Under the pieces are notes generated by a model that saw nothing but the letters and a program-made list of their open reading frames with translations, made no database searches and was not told where the DNA came from. The position numbers and the translations under genes are program-made. A stretch of DNA of 63,980 nucleotides, filler included, from Trypethelium eluteriae (Eukaryota), in assembly GCA_051942245.1 (NCBI GenBank). It is 3 parts of 3 records of this genome, joined end to end, with 100 filler letters (N's around TTAATTAATTAA, not from the genome) between each part and the next. Parts side by side here need not be neighbours in the genome. Positions count along the whole stretch, not along the records: positions 23,354 to 46,515 come from JAVECL010000429.1; 2 more parts are not named here. One strand, 5' to 3'. Positions 23,354-36,446 of the stretch are shown here, piece after piece (within the stretch, counting starts at the first letter, position 1; every line of letters starts with the position of its first letter).

Positions 23354-25235
23354 CTCCCCCTTCTCACCTCCCACTGCCTCTACATAGCCCACCGGCACCT
23401 GCAAAGCCGGACACCCGCACAGATTCGCCAGCCACACATACTCCATATTGCGCACCGAGGTATTCGCATCGCTAACTCCATACTGCAGATCCGCGTGGCC
23501 ACCACCGATGCGCCAGCCCGGCAGCGGACTCGTCGGCGTGACAACGAGCAACCCCGGGTGCAGCTGGAACAGCGCGGCGAGGTGGCGCATCAGGAGCTCG
23601 CGCAGGCGCTGGGCGAGCAGGAAGTCGCGCGCGGGGCTCTGGCGGCCGACACTGACGAGGATCTTGTTGGCGGGCGTGAGGTCCGCGACGGACGTCTGGC
23701 TGGCGGCGATCTCGGAGAGGATGGTGAGGGCGTGCGCGAGTTGGCCGGTGTGTAGATGCGGGATGGAGATGTCGATGATTTGGTAGTTGAGGGTGGTGCG
23801 CAGGTAGGAGAGGGCGGCGTTGCAGGCGGTGCGGACAGAGGGGTCGGCCCGTTCGAACCAGGGTTGGTAGATGCCGAGGAGTTTGGTGCGAGGTGGAGTA
23901 AGGGTGGGTTGGAGTGGAGGGAAGAGGGTGGAGCTGGGGAGGGAAGGGTCGGGAGCTGATATTACGCGGAAGCCGACTTCGAGATCGAGCATGTTGGCCG
24001 CCATGGGACCGACGACCCCAGTGGAGGCGGCGCTGTTAGGGGTGGGAAGGCGAGAGACGCGGCCGTGAGTAGTCTTGAGGCCGTAGATGCCACAGAAACT
24101 CGAGGGAATGCGGATGCTGTTGGGTTATGCGTATCGGTAAGCGTTGAAGCAATGCGCTTACTGATATTAGAGGTATGATCGTTCTCTACTCACCTACCTC
24201 CACCATCACAACCGAGTGCAAGGGGCACCAATCCAGCACCGATAGCATATCCGCTCCCTCCAGAAGAGCCGCCGCAGTAATAGTCTTGGTTATATGGATT
24301 TAAAGGGGTACCGTGGTTGGGATTGTTATTTGTAGTATCTGTGAGGCCTTATAGTCAGACTACCGGAAGAAAATATGTTGAGACATGCCTTTCTTCCTCT
24401 TCACCTGAGAGAAATGTGCTCACTTACCCAGCCCTAGTTCATGCATGTTCGTTTTACCCACCACCACAGCACCGGCTTCCATTAGGACCTTGACGCACCA
24501 GCTCGTTCCCTTGGTCTCGTGTATTTGCTTTGTCCCCATCCTCCTTTCGTAGCCCTCAATATCAAGCTCATCCTTTACCGCAACAGGCACCCCATCCAGG
24601 AGGCCTCGTTCCTTTCCCATCTTCCACCTCGTCGTCGAGGCCTCCGCGGCCGCACGGACAGCCACGGGGTCGACCGCCACGAAGGCTGTCGCATGTTCAG
24701 TACGTTTTGACTCGTCACGACGGATAAGCGGGAGTAGCGCCTCAGCTACGTCAATGGGTGTCAGGGCGCCAGAGCTATAGGCAGTATGGTAGTCTGCAAT
24801 CGAGGGGAAGCGAGCGGAGGCATTGGAAGGAGGGGCGCCTGATGCGGAGTCTAAAGATGAGAGAGATGAAGGCGAGGAAGGTGAGGGTAGGGGTCCGGTG
24901 GCAATGGGGGTGATTGTGGGGTCATAGCGGGGAGGATAGGCGTCGAGTTCGGGAAGGTGTCGGAGAAGGGGGAAGCCAGCATTGGCCCAGAGATAACTAG
25001 AAATCCTGTCGACCGAGGAGACACTGGTGGTGGCGGTCAAAGGACGAGTAGAAGAAGGGATTGGAGGTTAAGATGCGTACAGTAAAGCACCATAACAGAG
25101 GGCGAGGCCTCGCAAGACTGGATTCTTGGATTCAGGTGGTGCTTCGTACTGCTTTTCGAATAGCTGAGGTGTGGGCAGGTTGTAGAAACGCCGCTCAGCG
25201 CGGCTCTGCTCCTGGGAGTCTGCGGCAGCTGCCAT
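23354..25235 (-). CDS. amidase signature family protein (3' end lost in gap)
   Basis: LDGVPVAVKD, VVVGKTNMHELG, YCGGSSGGSG, GCDGGGSIRIPSSFCGIYGLK across introns. Confidence 0.92.
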
Positions 25236-26128
25236 AACTGCGTTCACGTGTGGGTTTTTGGGCAAGCATCCGTAGTAGAAAAGAGTACCTTTGCAGCGGT
25301 CCCTAGAGCAGTCCACTGGGCTACCAGGCTCACGGCACTAGGATCGACAGGACAATAGCTGCAGCACTGCGGCACAGCGCCGTTCCTAGATGGCGTCAGC
25401 ATTGGCGGCACCTCACCCACCCCCACCTAGGCGACCGAGATCGCGCATATACACAGACCTTAATTCGGTTCTTACCCTACGAAAGCTCCGTGAGTTGGTC
25501 ACTGGTACTTCGCTATCCGCGAGTGGAGTCTGCGCGATGCAAGTGGACTCTAGGAAAGATGAATCCTGAAAATTCTCTCAGAAAGTATCCGAGGTTCTAC
25601 TGATATCTAGATGCAGAAGGATTCTGTGCCGCTGTGTGCCTAGGCCCATTGCACTAATGACTGCCTTAGCGTTTCACCTGGGCGTCTTGCTTGCCGTTCT
25701 CAAGTTCATCAGCAGTTATACAGAGGAGGATATTTGGACTCTGAGATTCATGATTTGAAGTGAAAGCATGAGTGGCGTCCTGGCTCAGCCTATTGGGTCG
25801 AAAGTGAGAAAGGAGACAGTAGGTCAGCTTTCTACATTTCCCCGCTATTTTTTTTTTCATCAATTCAATGATATTTCAATTATGGCTTCCTTCCGCTCTC
25901 TAAACTCGGGCTGGTAAGACGGGCGTAACCGCTGTGCATTGCACAGTCTTGGTGCCGTCCGGCCCCCAAGCGACTAAGGGAATCCATTGTCAACCCTACT
26001 CATCAATATGTCCGATCTCAAAGCAATGCCAGAGTTTCTTTGGCGCTTTAGACCTTCCAGTGGACGGGCACTCGAGAACACTCAAAGTCGAAATCCATCA
26101 TAGGCAGGAGATACTAAGAGCTATCTAA

Positions 26129-28095
26129 ATGGCAGAACCTATGACAGAGAAGCTCTCGGTTCAGGTGACCCCAACTATACCGCAGAAGCTAAACGATTCA
26201 GAGACGACCGTAGATACTACAGAGGGCTCGGCCTCTAGTCAAGACAACGAATCGAACTACCTGTGTGGATGGAGACTCCACGTACTAACACTGGGGTATG
26301 TAAAAAGTAGAACCCGTTACACCTCTCTGAACGCATGACCGCTGATGGCTAAAGACTTTGTGTGGGAATTTTCCTTGTCAACTTTGAGGTCTCAATCGTG
26401 AGCACGTCTCTTGTTGCTATTACCGATAACTTGAAGCACTTTAGCCAGAGTAGCTGGATCATCACTGCATACCTTTTGACCTACACAAGCTTCATGATAA
26501 TCCTAGCAAAGCTGAGCGATGTCTTCGGCCGTAAGACGGTCATCCTCTGCTCCATGTTCACGTTCACCGTATTCTCAGGAGGCTGCGGAGCCGCACAGAC
26601 AATGATCCAACTGTATGCCTGATAGAAAACTTACTCTATCTTTTCTAATAACAGAGGTATAGCATCATCTGCCGGGTATTTCAAGGTATCGGCGGAAGTG
26701 GGGTCTATTCGCTCACGATGGTCATACTCTTCGAGATGATCCCTCCACGAAAATATCCAGCATATTCTGTTCTCGTAACGTCGCTGTTTGCTCTGTCGAT
26801 GACGCTGGGCCCGGTGTTTGGCGGTCTTATCAACCTACATTCCACATGGAGATGGGTGTTTCTGCTCAAGTAAGTCATTAACTCAAGAGATGGTCATGAG
26901 AAAGGCATGGTGGAATCTCACCGCTCACGGTAATGGATAGTGTTCCTGGCGGCGTCGTGAATATGATGCTGCTAACGATATCGATTCCGAAGCATTTCCC
27001 CAATCATGGATCCATGGCCCAGCGTCGGCCATTCTCGATTAGGAGGATAGATTTTATAGGCGGATTGCTTTTGCTTGTGGCTATGACTCTACATATTACC
27101 GGATTGGAACAAGCAGCTAATCTCCATGCCTGGACGTCGAAGGAGGTGCAAGCACCTTTGATCATATCTGCGCCCATTTGGCTGGGCTTTTTTGCTTCTC
27201 AATGGGATGCCAGCAAGGAGCATAGACAACGGGAGCCCGTCTTTCCCTGGAGGTTCTGCGAGAATAGGGTACTTGTTGGTCTTATTGTGTAGGTCTACCA
27301 ACAATGACTTTTGCAAAATATTGTCAGATGTCGACTGACGATCGATGATATGCTTTTGAAGCAACTCCTTCCTCAGTGGAACAGTTTCTACCTCTTGCAT
27401 AATCTTAATTCCTGTCAGATACCAGGCGGCTGTCGGTGCCTCTCCTCTGCAAGCTGGCATCCGCTTGATTCCACTCTCAGTCACAATTCAGATCGGAGCA
27501 ATGCTAGTGGCTATACTGGCCAGGAATGGCAGGATGCCCCCCATATATCTAACCTTCGTTGGCGCAATGTTTCAGGTGATTGGCTGTGTTTTCTTATCAC
27601 GTGGCTCACACGAAGTCCCGGACTGGAGGGGCACATATGGAATCGAAGCTATTACCGGAATAGGCGTCGGACTTGGCATTGGTGTCGTGACATTGATGAC
27701 ACCATTTGTCATAGAGAAGAGAGATCTCTGTAGGTGTCTATTGATCCACTTTGAGCTATTTGGACATCTTGCTCATACCCATTGTAGCTGTAGCTACAGC
27801 CGCAATCGTACAATTTCGATTTCTCGGTGGAGCAACTGCGCTTGCCATCTTGACGGCGGTCGGTAACACCTGGCTGCGGGATGTGCTACAGGGAGTGCTA
27901 ACACCTGAGCAACTGACGACGGTTTTCCGGACACCAGAAATTATCAATTCCTTTCCTGCGGAACCGAGGGATACAGTGCGTGGCGCCTTCGTCAAGAGCT
28001 TTGATCTAGAGATGCGTATCCTTATCGGATTCAGTGCGGCGGAATTCCTTTTCACTCTGTTGATGTGGCAGAAGAAACATGTCTTGTTGGAATAG
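26129..28095 (+). CDS. MFS multidrug transporter (DHA2/14-TM type), multi-exon
   Basis: WIITAYLLTY, AKLSDVFGRK, RVFQGIGGSG, LGPVFGG..WRWVFL, multiple TM segments. Confidence 0.9.
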
Positions 28096-28593
28096 ATATC
28101 AGCGATGCGACGGGACATATGTTGCGTAAGGGGAAACGAAGGGTCATGCCACTCTACGAATTGCCAGAAGAGCACACTGATTGTAGGGCTTTCTGTCATC
28201 CGAGGAACACTCTATGGGTAATTGTACTTCGCATAAAAGACACAAAGACTATACGGGCAAGAGATATTTGTGTGAGTGTTGCGAATGCATTGATACACTC
28301 TTTTGATTCGTCCGCGATTCGAGCTTCTGAACCCGAAAACGGCTCTTGATATCTGAATGAATACTTATCCAGAGAAAATATGCTGTACTGCCATTACTAA
28401 TCCACTTTCTTCAGGCGCCAAAATGTTGGAACAGTTGTGCTAGTTATGTATTCCAGCTTCATACTCTATCTACAGTCCCCGATAAGTAGTGCCAAACGAC
28501 AACGTAAGTTCCATTAAACAGACTCGGGTATGACACAGAACTCAGAACTAACACAAAGAGAAATATCGTACATGAAAATCATAACGGAATAGC

Positions 28594-30590
28594 TTAATCC
28601 GCGGCTTTTGGAGTCCCGCGTCTTTCTAATTTCTTTGGCTTTCTTTTGGGTGTCGCAGACTGATCTCTAGACTGAGATTGCTGACTCATTTCCGAGTCCT
28701 GTCTTGAGGGTGTTGGCTTTGCCGTCGGTTGCTGAGTAGGAGCTTGACTGGGAAGACCTGATTGTGTGGAGCCTCTTTTTGGCATGATGTCATTGGTATC
28801 TTCTTTCTTAGGCGGCAATTTGGCTGGTGCTTTGGCTGGTGACGTACTTCCTTTCCGTTGGTCTCTCAATCTGTCTAGAGATGCCTCGGCCCCGGTGAAC
28901 TGCCTACGCGGACTTGCGGGCGAAGTCGACTGTGACACTTCGTCACCCGTACCCTGCATGCTCGGCTTTCCTTCACTGTCTTCGACGATGAAGTGCCCAG
29001 CTTGCGGCTTCTTTCCGTTGATGTCTAGGATGTCTTGCGGACAGGAACTCATCACTACTACGACATCACGTTCAGCACGTAGTCGAACGTAGTCACCTTT
29101 CTTGCATTTGCCTGCTTCAAATGTGACGTTACCACCGTCGTCCCATGGGATATTCATGAAGAGGTTCAATGGAGCTGGGACCATATTTACGGTAACGTCA
29201 GCTCCGACAGCTCGAGAGCCTTTCAGTCCAATCTTTTGGTTGAATTCCTGAAGCGCAAATACCAAGTTCTCCGCACACGAACCGTGTTTTTCCCAGTCTT
29301 TTACGCCCAGGCCTTTGTATCGATGTGGATCGCATGCGGCGATCAGCGTATCGTGGATACCAGGGGAAGTATCTTCAACCAATGTCATAAGAGGCTCACG
29401 GAGATTTGAATAAAACACATCTTTAACCTTGGGGCGCATGTGGTGCGTTTGTGCTCGGGTGTGAGGCATTGACATGCATTCCATCGGTGGCACTGAGTCG
29501 TGGCTTTGACTATAAGCATTGTAGCCAGCATATAATGACCCTGCATAGCCAGAACCCGTGGCAGCTATAAATTCGTTAGTGGTATCCAATCAAATGCATG
29601 TTGAGAATGTGCTCAAACGTACCTGACAAGCCAGCAGCGCCAACAGGCGTCTTGGAAAAGTCGTAGAGTTGTTCAGCGTAGGATTTGCCAGGGTTGCGGG
29701 CATGCTATTCATGGAGGTTAGTAAGGAAATGCCTCATTGGATGATTAACTTACTAATGCAGCGAAAGCGGACAACTGGCCTTGCGATGGCAGGTAGGAGG
29801 AGAAGCCCTGTCCGGAGGGAATGTAGGCGGACCATCCCTTGGAACTCGACTGATTGCCTTCCCCCTTTGAGCTTGACCAGGTAGGCATATATGAACTCCA
29901 CTTTGATGGCTGAACTTTCCCACCATTGTTTTGTTGAACTGGCTTCTGATCTTTAAGCTTGGCCGGAGCCTTCTTGGTCTTCCCAGTGTCGGCTTTGTCA
30001 TTTCCCTGAGGAGTCTTTGGAGATGATGACCAGGATGGGATGTAAGCGCTCCATTTGGAGGATGAACCCGCCGAATCATCCAGTTTTCCCTTCTGACTAC
30101 TTGGGTTTTGGTCCGCCGCTTCTGATTTATCCTCCTGGGATGTTTGAAGATTTCCCTGTGCGCTGTCGCCTGCAGCTTCTACACTTTCATTCTGTACAGA
30201 TTTACTCTGGTTCGTAATGGTGTCACCGTTCGGATTGGGGGAGCTCTTCTCTGAATCCCCGGGCTCTCCCCTCTCTTCGGAGTCCTTTTCGTCATTTACT
30301 GTCTGAGTATCCTTCTCGCTTGCAGGGGTTGAAGTCCCTTCGTCTTTCTGGGCCTTTTTCTCGTTGTTTTCCAGAGTGCTTCCTTCGCTCTTTTTACCCT
30401 CATTTGGCCGAGCCTGCCCTTGAGACTTCTCGGTCTTTTTTTGCTTTCCTGTCGGGGGCGCATGAAGTGCAAAGGCCCAGGTATCAATTACCTGGGTACC
30501 AGAGCTATTGATTATCTTAATGCTATGGCCTTGGGGCACGTATGTTGCTGTACCGTGGCGGGCGGGAATGGTTTGAATATTTCCTGACAT
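28594..30590 (-). CDS. DUF1989 (urea-carboxylase-associated) protein with long low-complexity insert
   Basis: IPARHG..IKIINSSGTQVIDTWAF; EDTSPGIHDTLIAACD, HGSCAENL, PLNLFMNIP, MSSCPQD. Confidence 0.88.
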
Positions 30591-31382
30591 GGCTACGCAC
30601 AGAAGCGAGGCTATGAGAAAGAGCTATTAGGCCAGGAAGAACCGGGGGAAAAAAAAAAAAAAAAAAGGTCGCGGCGTGACGGTTCGACTGGATTAGATTG
30701 TCGAGGAATGCATATGCAACAATGTGGAGGGACGTCAGTATAAATCCAAGAAATTGGACGACAAAACCCCTACGTAATCTTGCATTGGCTCTTCGGGAGA
30801 TCTGCACCCCAGCTTTGGTGGCTGGTATCTCCTCTGATTGGCCACGATTAATCCCCCTCTCAACTTCTCGAAAAGCTGAGCTTGAGTAGAAATTCGAATC
30901 TCCAAGTTTTGCAAGAATGACGGCCTCGAACTACAGTGAGAGGGAGAGCAAGACCAACGAACAATATCCACTTAACTGCTCTAGCAAACGTGTGACAGCG
31001 CGCATTCCTTCTAGTATCTAGGTATCAGCCCCTTAGTTTTCTCCTATCTATTTACCAGGTATTGATACTGCAAACTCACTACCCTTGTCGGACTAGATTT
31101 TATATTATTCATACATTCATTAGCGATACTGCCGAAGATTCGTCTAAGTACAAAGTTTACCCGTAACCTTACACTTTCTATTTCACTGTATGTTTCTGGA
31201 CAGTCGCTACGAGGAGCAAGACATGAAAACCTAAGACATGAAAACCTCCGACATTACACACAAATGTTCTCTAATGGCTGTAAACTTGCCATATAAGAGC
31301 GGCGGCGACCTGCGATTTGTGTAATCTTTGTGAACTCCATTCCAAACGTAGCCAAATTCGTGACTATCATGATAGCATCTTC

Positions 31383-32813
31383 TCAAGAGGCATGAGCATC
31401 ATTCACTTCGACGGACACTAGAAAATCTCGACGAACTCGTATACCATCTTCAATATCGCCACCTGAGTCAGAGGGTAGTTCCGTTATCGCGGAGTCGTTA
31501 TGATCCTGCTGGATTGAGGTTGCTCGACTTGTTCTCTGACTATAGCCGATTTGAACGCCATCCTTGGTCCTGTCGGCCAATCTGAGCTGGAATTCATCAT
31601 CGTCTTGTGTGCCGCTAGCACTTGATTTGCCAAATGGCCGGGAGAATTTGCTCGATCGTGCACTGAGTTTAAAGCTTTGGCTCGACCGTGGTGTCCTCTG
31701 TTGCCTTTGTTTCCGGAAGAAGACCCCACAAGGTGGTAGACAAGCAACCATGATTGCAATGCCAACCTCGGTGTATGTCCAAATCTCGGCGGCAACAATC
31801 ATCTCTGTTATGTTTCTTTCCGAAAGTCTGGAGATCTCGACGGCTCGTGCGATAGCGGCAGAGATATCTCTGTGAGAATGAATGTCAGCATTGAAAGGGA
31901 AAACAGTCCGGTAATCAAAGAGAGACAGACACAAGGCCGAGAGCGAAGACTCCGCTGACAGCAAGCTTTCGTTTGAAGCTCATTTGCAGTCGCCAGACGA
32001 TGAACTGGGGGAGTGACCAAATTGCGATGTCGTTGACGACGCCCCAAGAAGCATTTACTAGATATGATGTTGACGTATGACCACAATGTCCACCGGGGAT
32101 ACTTTTGTCCCAATTGTATTTAAAGGGTACGCAGTTCACGAAAGCGTCGATTATTATGAACAGGCAAACGCCGAGGTTACTAATTAGAATCATCCACACT
32201 TGGAGATAGTTAGTTCAGTCGTGATTGATGCATAGGGTACATACTCGATCGTTGGAACCATGTCTGAGGGAAAATACGCATGTTGAAGAAACATATTGAA
32301 GCTCTAACGAGAAATAGAGCAATAGCGAAGACGAGTTGTAAGATTATAAAATGCTTTGAGGATAGAATTAGCTTCACATTCGCATCGGGAGAGAGTGCGC
32401 CACAAATGCTCTACATACTTTGAGTAGGTTCACCAGTTCCGCCTCGGAGACCTGGGTTATTGGGAGACCAACACCACCAGCAAAGACGGCTGTCGCGTCG
32501 TCAACCATAGCAATGTTTATCATAACATCTGTTTGAAGGCTTACCATAGTACTGAACGCCAATTTCAGCGGCGAAGAAGACCTACAAGACTTGAGAGTGA
32601 ATATGCTGGCTCCTGTACACCGAGAACGTTATTCACATGGCGGGTAGGACTTACGAACGAAGCAAAACATAGCCAGTCGTCAGTAGCGAAGGGCAATCTC
32701 TTGAAGCGTCTAGCGCAGACTCTTGCAACAATAGCGATGCTGCATAGGATCAAAAAGGCTAAAGCTACTCCAAAGAAGACCTTTGCTTTGTAGGTATCGA
32801 GACCCCGTCCCAT
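31383..32813 (-). CDS. PTH11-like / fungal rhodopsin-domain integral membrane protein
   Basis: DDWLC, CVPFKYNWDKSIPGGHC, DIAIWSLP..VWRLQM..KRK, EVGIAIMVACLP; several introns. Confidence 0.88.
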
Positions 32814-33847
32814 AACCGCAATCTTGCTGGCAAGGGCACTTCGGATCGAATATCTATCCGAAAGGACACACGTACAAAGAGAGAAAGAACATTGAATGCT
32901 GCAGAAGCGGGGACGACAGAGTAATTACTGGTCAGGGACTCAAGAATCGCAAGGATAGATACAGGTTGTGCATTGTGCCTTGACACGCGATACACCGTAT
33001 TATTATGACAGACAGGACGTACTCTGATTATTGGTAATACTTGCGTATAGCTTGGCGTAGCATCTTGCGCTATCGCCCAAGGACTCCGACTAAAAACCAT
33101 GGTCGTGGCTTGTAGGAACGCGGCCTAAGGAGGACTTCCTCCAGCCATCTCCACAAGCAACCTTGAACGAGTTGCATTCCCGAAACCAGCAGAACCTTAT
33201 CATGCACGAAAACGTCGCATCGGGAGGTAAACCCGTGGGACGGCGAGACGTCGGCGTGACCGCGCAGGGCACATACAAGCTAGGAATTTCCTCGCTCTAC
33301 ACGTGCTGTACCTTGCCATATCACAGTGGCGATCTATTGATCCGCATCTGTTGGATGCTTTGGGCAAGAGACCCCAGCCAAGACGGGGCAAGATTGTGGC
33401 AAGTCTTGAGTAAGGTTGTCGCAGCGGCCCGCAAGCTGCACGAGCGAGCAATACCTAATCATGCACTGCATGTTGTTTCATTCTGATCCTCTGATGAGTT
33501 TTGCAGAGACTTCGATAGGATCGCAGCGAAAAGGTCTTCCGAATGGTTCACTTGCCTATTCCTTCGGTCAGACAGGTTTCGGGTTGTGCGGATTGCGGAG
33601 TACTTCTCAGAAGGTTTGACGGAGCATGCATCCGAGCGCTTTGGTGGCTTTATTCCATACCTTACCTTATTTAATTAGTCGTAGGAGGTGGTCTCCATCC
33701 CTACCAAGGTTTAACTTCCCCTGCGGACACCAATCCTTAGCCGATCGGCAAACCTCCCTCCGATCTCCCCGAAATTAGCCTTACACGCCACACGCCATCT
33801 AATTTGCGTCAACGAGTCTTTTCCCTTTCATCTCAGTCCACGGCCAG

Positions 33848-35047
33848 ATGAGACTGTTTTGGACTCATTGCGCACGACTGTCGTCCACAGCTATCAGCAA
33901 CCAGATCCAATTCATAGCCCATCGTTCCCCCTCTGGGACGTATCACCGATCTCACGTAAGAAATGTGTCAACGATCAACAACAGACAAAGACCGGTACGC
34001 TTTACGCGTCTTGCGCTCATCATTCTCACCTCTAGTGCGGTAGCCGGCTACCTGTTCAGAGCATTCGTGAAATCGGACCGAACGTCTACCTGGGATACCT
34101 CGTCATTCCTCGATCCCCATTCCTTCAGGACCTTTACTTTAGTCGCAAAAGACCCAGTCACCTCCACGAGCAGCATATTCTGCATTCGCCCTACCAATGG
34201 CGAACTTGACGCAAAGCGATTGCAAGAATTATGGGATAGTGGAATCTGGAGTGTGCAAATAAAACAGCCTCAACTGCAGATTGTCAGAGCGTACACTCCA
34301 CTACCACCAGATCTCGGTGCAGGAAACGGTCAGGAGAATGACGCGTCGAATGAGCTACGATTTCTGATCCGCAAAGAAGAGAGCGGGGAGGTCTCTGGAT
34401 ATCTTCATCGACTTCCGACGGGGAGCCAGATTGAAGTCAGACGGGCAAATGTCGAGTACCAGCTTCCCCCAAATGCTACGGAAGTACTCTTCTTAGCTGG
34501 AGGAACAGGTATTGCTCCGGCCATGCAATTGGCTTTCGCAACCCTCCGTCGTCCGTCTACGCGGAACCATATCATGTGGGCAAATCGTCGGAGGGAGGAT
34601 TGCATGGGAGCTGTCTCTCCGGCTGATACATCAAAAAGATTCGATGCGAAATCATGGCTACCAGGTGCATGGGGTCCATCCAACACAAGAGAAAGTAGAC
34701 AATCGGTGTCTCACCCTAATGAGCCTAACGCAATCGTGCGCCAGCTTCGGCATTACGAAAAGGCTTCCAAAAAAGAGATTGGTCAGACGCTCAGTGTCGA
34801 AAGTTTTGTTGATGACGAGCAGTCGTTTATAACACCGGACCGGATCAAAAGCTTCCTAAACTCAGGAGTGGCGAATCATAAAGATGAAGCGCAACCATTG
34901 CGACAGATTCTCGTCGCGGGCCCAGACGGATTTGTGGCTCATTGGGCAGGCAAGAAGCCCATAGAAGGAAGCGGGGATCCCCAAGGTCCGTTGGGTGGAA
35001 TTTTGTCCCAACTAGATACCCGAGGCTGGAGAGTCTGGAAACTCTAA
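33848..35047 (+). CDS. CYC2: mitochondrial FAD/NAD(P)-binding oxidoreductase, Cyc2-like
   Basis: Presequence plus TM segment; IKQPQLQIVRAYTPLPP, GEVSGYLHRL, FLAGGTGIAP, VAGPDGF, QGPLGGIL. Confidence 0.8.
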   Translation: MRLFWTHCARLSSTAISNQIQFIAHRSPSGTYHRSHVRNVSTINNRQRPVRFTRLALIILTSSAVAGYLFRAFVKSDRTSTWDTSSFLDPHSFRTFTLVAKDPVTSTSSIFCIRPTNGELDAKRLQELWDSGIWSVQIKQPQLQIVRAYTPLPPDLGAGNGQENDASNELRFLIRKEESGEVSGYLHRLPTGSQIEVRRANVEYQLPPNATEVLFLAGGTGIAPAMQLAFATLRRPSTRNHIMWANRRREDCMGAVSPADTSKRFDAKSWLPGAWGPSNTRESRQSVSHPNEPNAIVRQLRHYEKASKKEIGQTLSVESFVDDEQSFITPDRIKSFLNSGVANHKDEAQPLRQILVAGPDGFVAHWAGKKPIEGSGDPQGPLGGILSQLDTRGWRVWKL

Positions 35048-35618
35048 GCAGCTTCTCAAGCCTCAGCTTATAGAGAATCGCTCAAGAAAAGGTTTATCTG
35101 TGATGCGTGCACGAGTATGGCGACCTGGGGATCAGATGTGATGTCATGCTGCCTGCTTGTCAAAGTGCTTGAACTCAGCCCAAATGGCTGCTGTACGGAT
35201 TCGTAGGCTCTCTTCCTTACCCAATTTAATGTGTATACTTGCTTATTGGACGGCCACAGCTTTCTACGAGGTGAACCACTCCCTTTACTAGTTCGGCAGT
35301 CGCTCGCAATGGTTAGTTACGACATCCCTCTGATTTTTCCACAAGAGCCAATGCATGTGCGAGGGACGACTCTCCCTCAAATTTCTTGTACAGAATCAGC
35401 AGCGTCGCGTTCGTTGACGTTTCATTGCCGTTTATAGAGGTATTTCTCGAAAATCGTAATACATATAATTTCAACAAGAGGTCTTTATTAACAATCTTCA
35501 AAAGATATGATAGTTTAATGCACTCTACCGAGCTTCTCCGTCCCAACGCAACCGACCCACGACACCAAACCAAATTTTTCGTCAGCCATGTTGTACGCAT
35601 CGAATCGGCAATACCGAC

Positions 35619-36446
35619 TTAAAGGACAGCCAATCCCATGACGCCCATCGCAGCCATAGCCCAGACCATCAGACCTTGCACCGCAATCTCCGAATTTACA
35701 GTGGCGCTGCCTGCAGAAGAAGCGCTCTTGCTAGAAGAACTGCTCGGGGAGCTCGAGGTGCTCGAACTTTTCGCTCCTGACGTGCTTGTCGAGACCGGTG
35801 TACTCGTAGGTTTTGGCGAACTCGTAGGTCCTGGTGTGCCCGTGGGCCCTTGGCTGCCTGTAGGTCCTTGGCTGCCCGTAGGCCCCACGCTGCTGGAAGG
35901 TCCAGTCGAAGTCGACGGGCTCGAGCTGGACGGAGTTGTTGGGCTTGATGAACTCGAGCTGTCCGAAGTCGAGCTCGACGAGCCATCCGAAATCGTCACC
36001 CCGTTCGAGATCGTCACGCCCGGCGCTCCATTTATTCCTCCAATTGCGGTAACGCCCTGTGCCCCATCTTCTCCTCCTGATGCGGTGACTCCAGGTGCTC
36101 CATCTCCTCCGCTAATCGTTTCTGTGACTCCGGGGCTGTCTGCTCCGGAGATGGTCGTGCCCCCAAAGTTGACCGACGGGCCAATGTTGACGGGGACGCC
36201 ATCTCCTCCGCTTGCTGTGACTGCGGGACTGTCTGCTCCGCCGATTGTCGTCCCTACGTTTCCGTTCGTTGCATAGATGACCGTCGCAGGGATTTGGATG
36301 GGGGTGCCGCCCTGTCTCTTGACGTTGGCAGGAAGACGATTGATGGAATCAAATTGATCGTCAGAGTTCTGGTTCGAGGCGGGTTGCGTAACACCAGAGG
36401 CGACAAAGGCGCCTAGAAGGACGAGGAGAGAGCGCGTGGAATACAT
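35619..36446 (-). CDS. secreted Ser/Thr/Gly-rich, probably GPI-anchored cell-surface protein
   Basis: Signal peptide, KR site, GADSPxVT/GAPGVT and GPTGSQ repeats, SSAGSA omega region followed by a hydrophobic tail. Confidence 0.8.
   Translation of the reverse strand: MYSTRSLLVLLGAFVASGVTQPASNQNSDDQFDSINRLPANVKRQGGTPIQIPATVIYATNGNVGTTIGGADSPAVTASGGDGVPVNIGPSVNFGGTTISGADSPGVTETISGGDGAPGVTASGGEDGAQGVTAIGGINGAPGVTISNGVTISDGSSSSTSDSSSSSSPTTPSSSSPSTSTGPSSSVGPTGSQGPTGSQGPTGTPGPTSSPKPTSTPVSTSTSGAKSSSTSSSPSSSSSKSASSAGSATVNSEIAVQGLMVWAMAAMGVMGLAVL

Noticed and set aside
35638..36276. Long antisense ORFs over real genes (also 43803, 52169, 59676)
   Set aside because: Shadow frames of repetitive or GC-rich coding sequence with no independent motifs.
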